Source: Klebsormidium nitens
Lineage: Eukaryota; Plantae; Klebsormidiophyceae
Direction of reading: 5' to 3'
NCBI GenBank assembly: GCA_000708835.1
Contig: DF237021.1
Span: forward strand, 175,624 to 239,623
DNA length: 64,000 bases
Of this stretch, positions 62,401 to 64,000 are shown one piece after another; the first letter of the stretch is position 1; every line of letters begins with the position of its first letter. A program made the position numbers and the translations under genes. The notes under the pieces were generated by a model. That model was given only the letters and a program-made list of their open reading frames with translations. It made no database searches and was not told where the DNA came from.

Positions 62401-64000
62401 AAAGACTCAAGAATTCAACGTCCATTAGCTTTTTCCAAGTCTTCTTTTCTGCGTCTTCTCACTACCACAGGTGAAAGTCCTGTGCTTTCTCCTCTACGCA
62501 ACGGTGCTGGTCGGAGCCTTCACGAGAGTCAGGGGGCTAAGATATACCCTGTATTCATTCAAGCGGTAGATCGATTTAAAGGTGGACGATTCAGACGTGT
62601 TGTCGACGTCGCTTCTGGGACTGTGTCGCTACTGTATCGATCAGTTCGAGTAGGCTTGGAAAAAGAGATTTACGCGCAGATTAGCAGGCATGAGCCCTCC
62701 ATCCAGCTGAACTTTCTTAGATAGTCGGAACACGTCTGGCCTTTGCTCCGGTTTGAAGTACGTGTGGTGGGCTCTCGAGCAGGCATTAGCGTTTACGCTC
62801 TCTGGAAAGCTACGTCGCAGCCCCGACTCCAAACAGAGGGCGTTCATGTTGAAAAGGTGGATTATTCTGACAGATTCACTCCATCTTGAGCTTCTGAATG
62901 TCCTTGTGAGGCTGCGGCGTCAATCAAAGAGGACTTGAATGGCTTGCTGCCGGACGCCAAGTTCATCACCGCCGCACCGCTTTTAATTAGTCTTCTGCGC
63001 GTTCGCCATGCACGCGCGTGCTAGGACCGGTATGCTGCAATCTTAGCTTTGACCCCCCGACAAATCTCTCCAGACAGAGGCAGCAGTGTCAGGGGATCAA
63101 TCTGATGATTGCTTGCAAGCTTAGCGAAACCAAAGTGCTGATTTTGTGAGATAAAGCCATGCCATGGCCTGACTCTCTTCGATCAAGAGGGACCCCTGAT
63201 ATTCAATGTAAAAGCTTAAGGCCAGGAAAAAATCACATAAAACTGACGAGAACGACGACATAGAGAAAAGATCTCTTGCCCTGACATCACGGTGGCTTCC
63301 CTGATCAAAAGTACTGTTGCCTAGGCGCCACACTGAGGCTGAAAGTCATGACCACAAGCAACAATATCAATTGGCCTCGAAATTGCGACGAGACACTTTT
63401 CATCCACCACATCCTTCTTCGTGCAGACGAGATTTGAACGGAGAGCGAGATTTGGCAAACGAAGGTGTCGAAGAGCAGAGTCTGCGGCGCTAGGAACGCT
63501 AAATAATGGGGGACAGTACCAACATGATAAAATCTGTCGCGGACCCAGAAGTCGAGTCCGGGTCCAGCAGTGACTTTGCAAGGTAAAATCACAAAGTAAA
63601 TGCTATCTCCGGACTGCTTATTTAAACGGGTCGAAGAACGGCATGTCCGGGGATTCACGCGAGTTGCCCCACTTCTCCGCTGATACTGGCACGGGCTGAT
63701 GGAATCGGCGCACCGGCTCCAAAAGGAGCTGATCAATCATTGCGTAATAGACGCAAAGACGCAGCACCGGCAAGTGCAACTCGTTCATTTTGGAGTTTAT
63801 TGTCACGCATCAGCATCAGCAATTAGACCTTGCATTGGAGAAGCTAAGACCTATTGCACCGGGGCTTCGCGCCGCCGCGCCATCTCGAGTCAAGGCGTCG
63901 AGAACCTGAAATTAGCTGTTAATCATCTTTGTCACGCCAGATTGGCTCCTTGCCATAGCGTGTCCTGAGCGCGCACGTGCGCGCATCGCGCCGCCGCCAC

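Overview
Eukaryotic nuclear DNA from a green-lineage organism. The plant-type YCF54, TGD2 and FPG1 genes, GC3-rich exons and GT-AG introns with TGCAG acceptors suggest a charophyte alga such as Klebsormidium, which is inference. Positions 1-25.6 kb hold a MITE-like element and five spliced genes that I rebuilt exon by exon: ISU1/IscU (-), YCF54 (+), TGD2 (-), a calmodulin-like EF-hand protein (+) and FPG/MutM with a very long charged tail (+). Positions 25.6-64 kb contain no intact gene I can recognise and are occupied by two decayed tandem arrays (about 27-35.7 kb and 42-62 kb). Both arrays are built from one cryptic monomer: CA(A/G)CTGT-CCACGTGGCAATGA, a 12-17 nt spacer, a stem-loop with compensatory substitutions between copies, and then GGAGCC...GGCTCC. 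There are about 35-40 copies, nearly all on the + strand, often about 150-167 bp apart and nested in a ~1.39-kb higher-order unit. This motif-plus-hairpin array is the best candidate for an undescribed system. Its function is unknown: it could be a protein-bound satellite or centromere-like array, a set of mobile-element recognition sites, or an ncRNA array.
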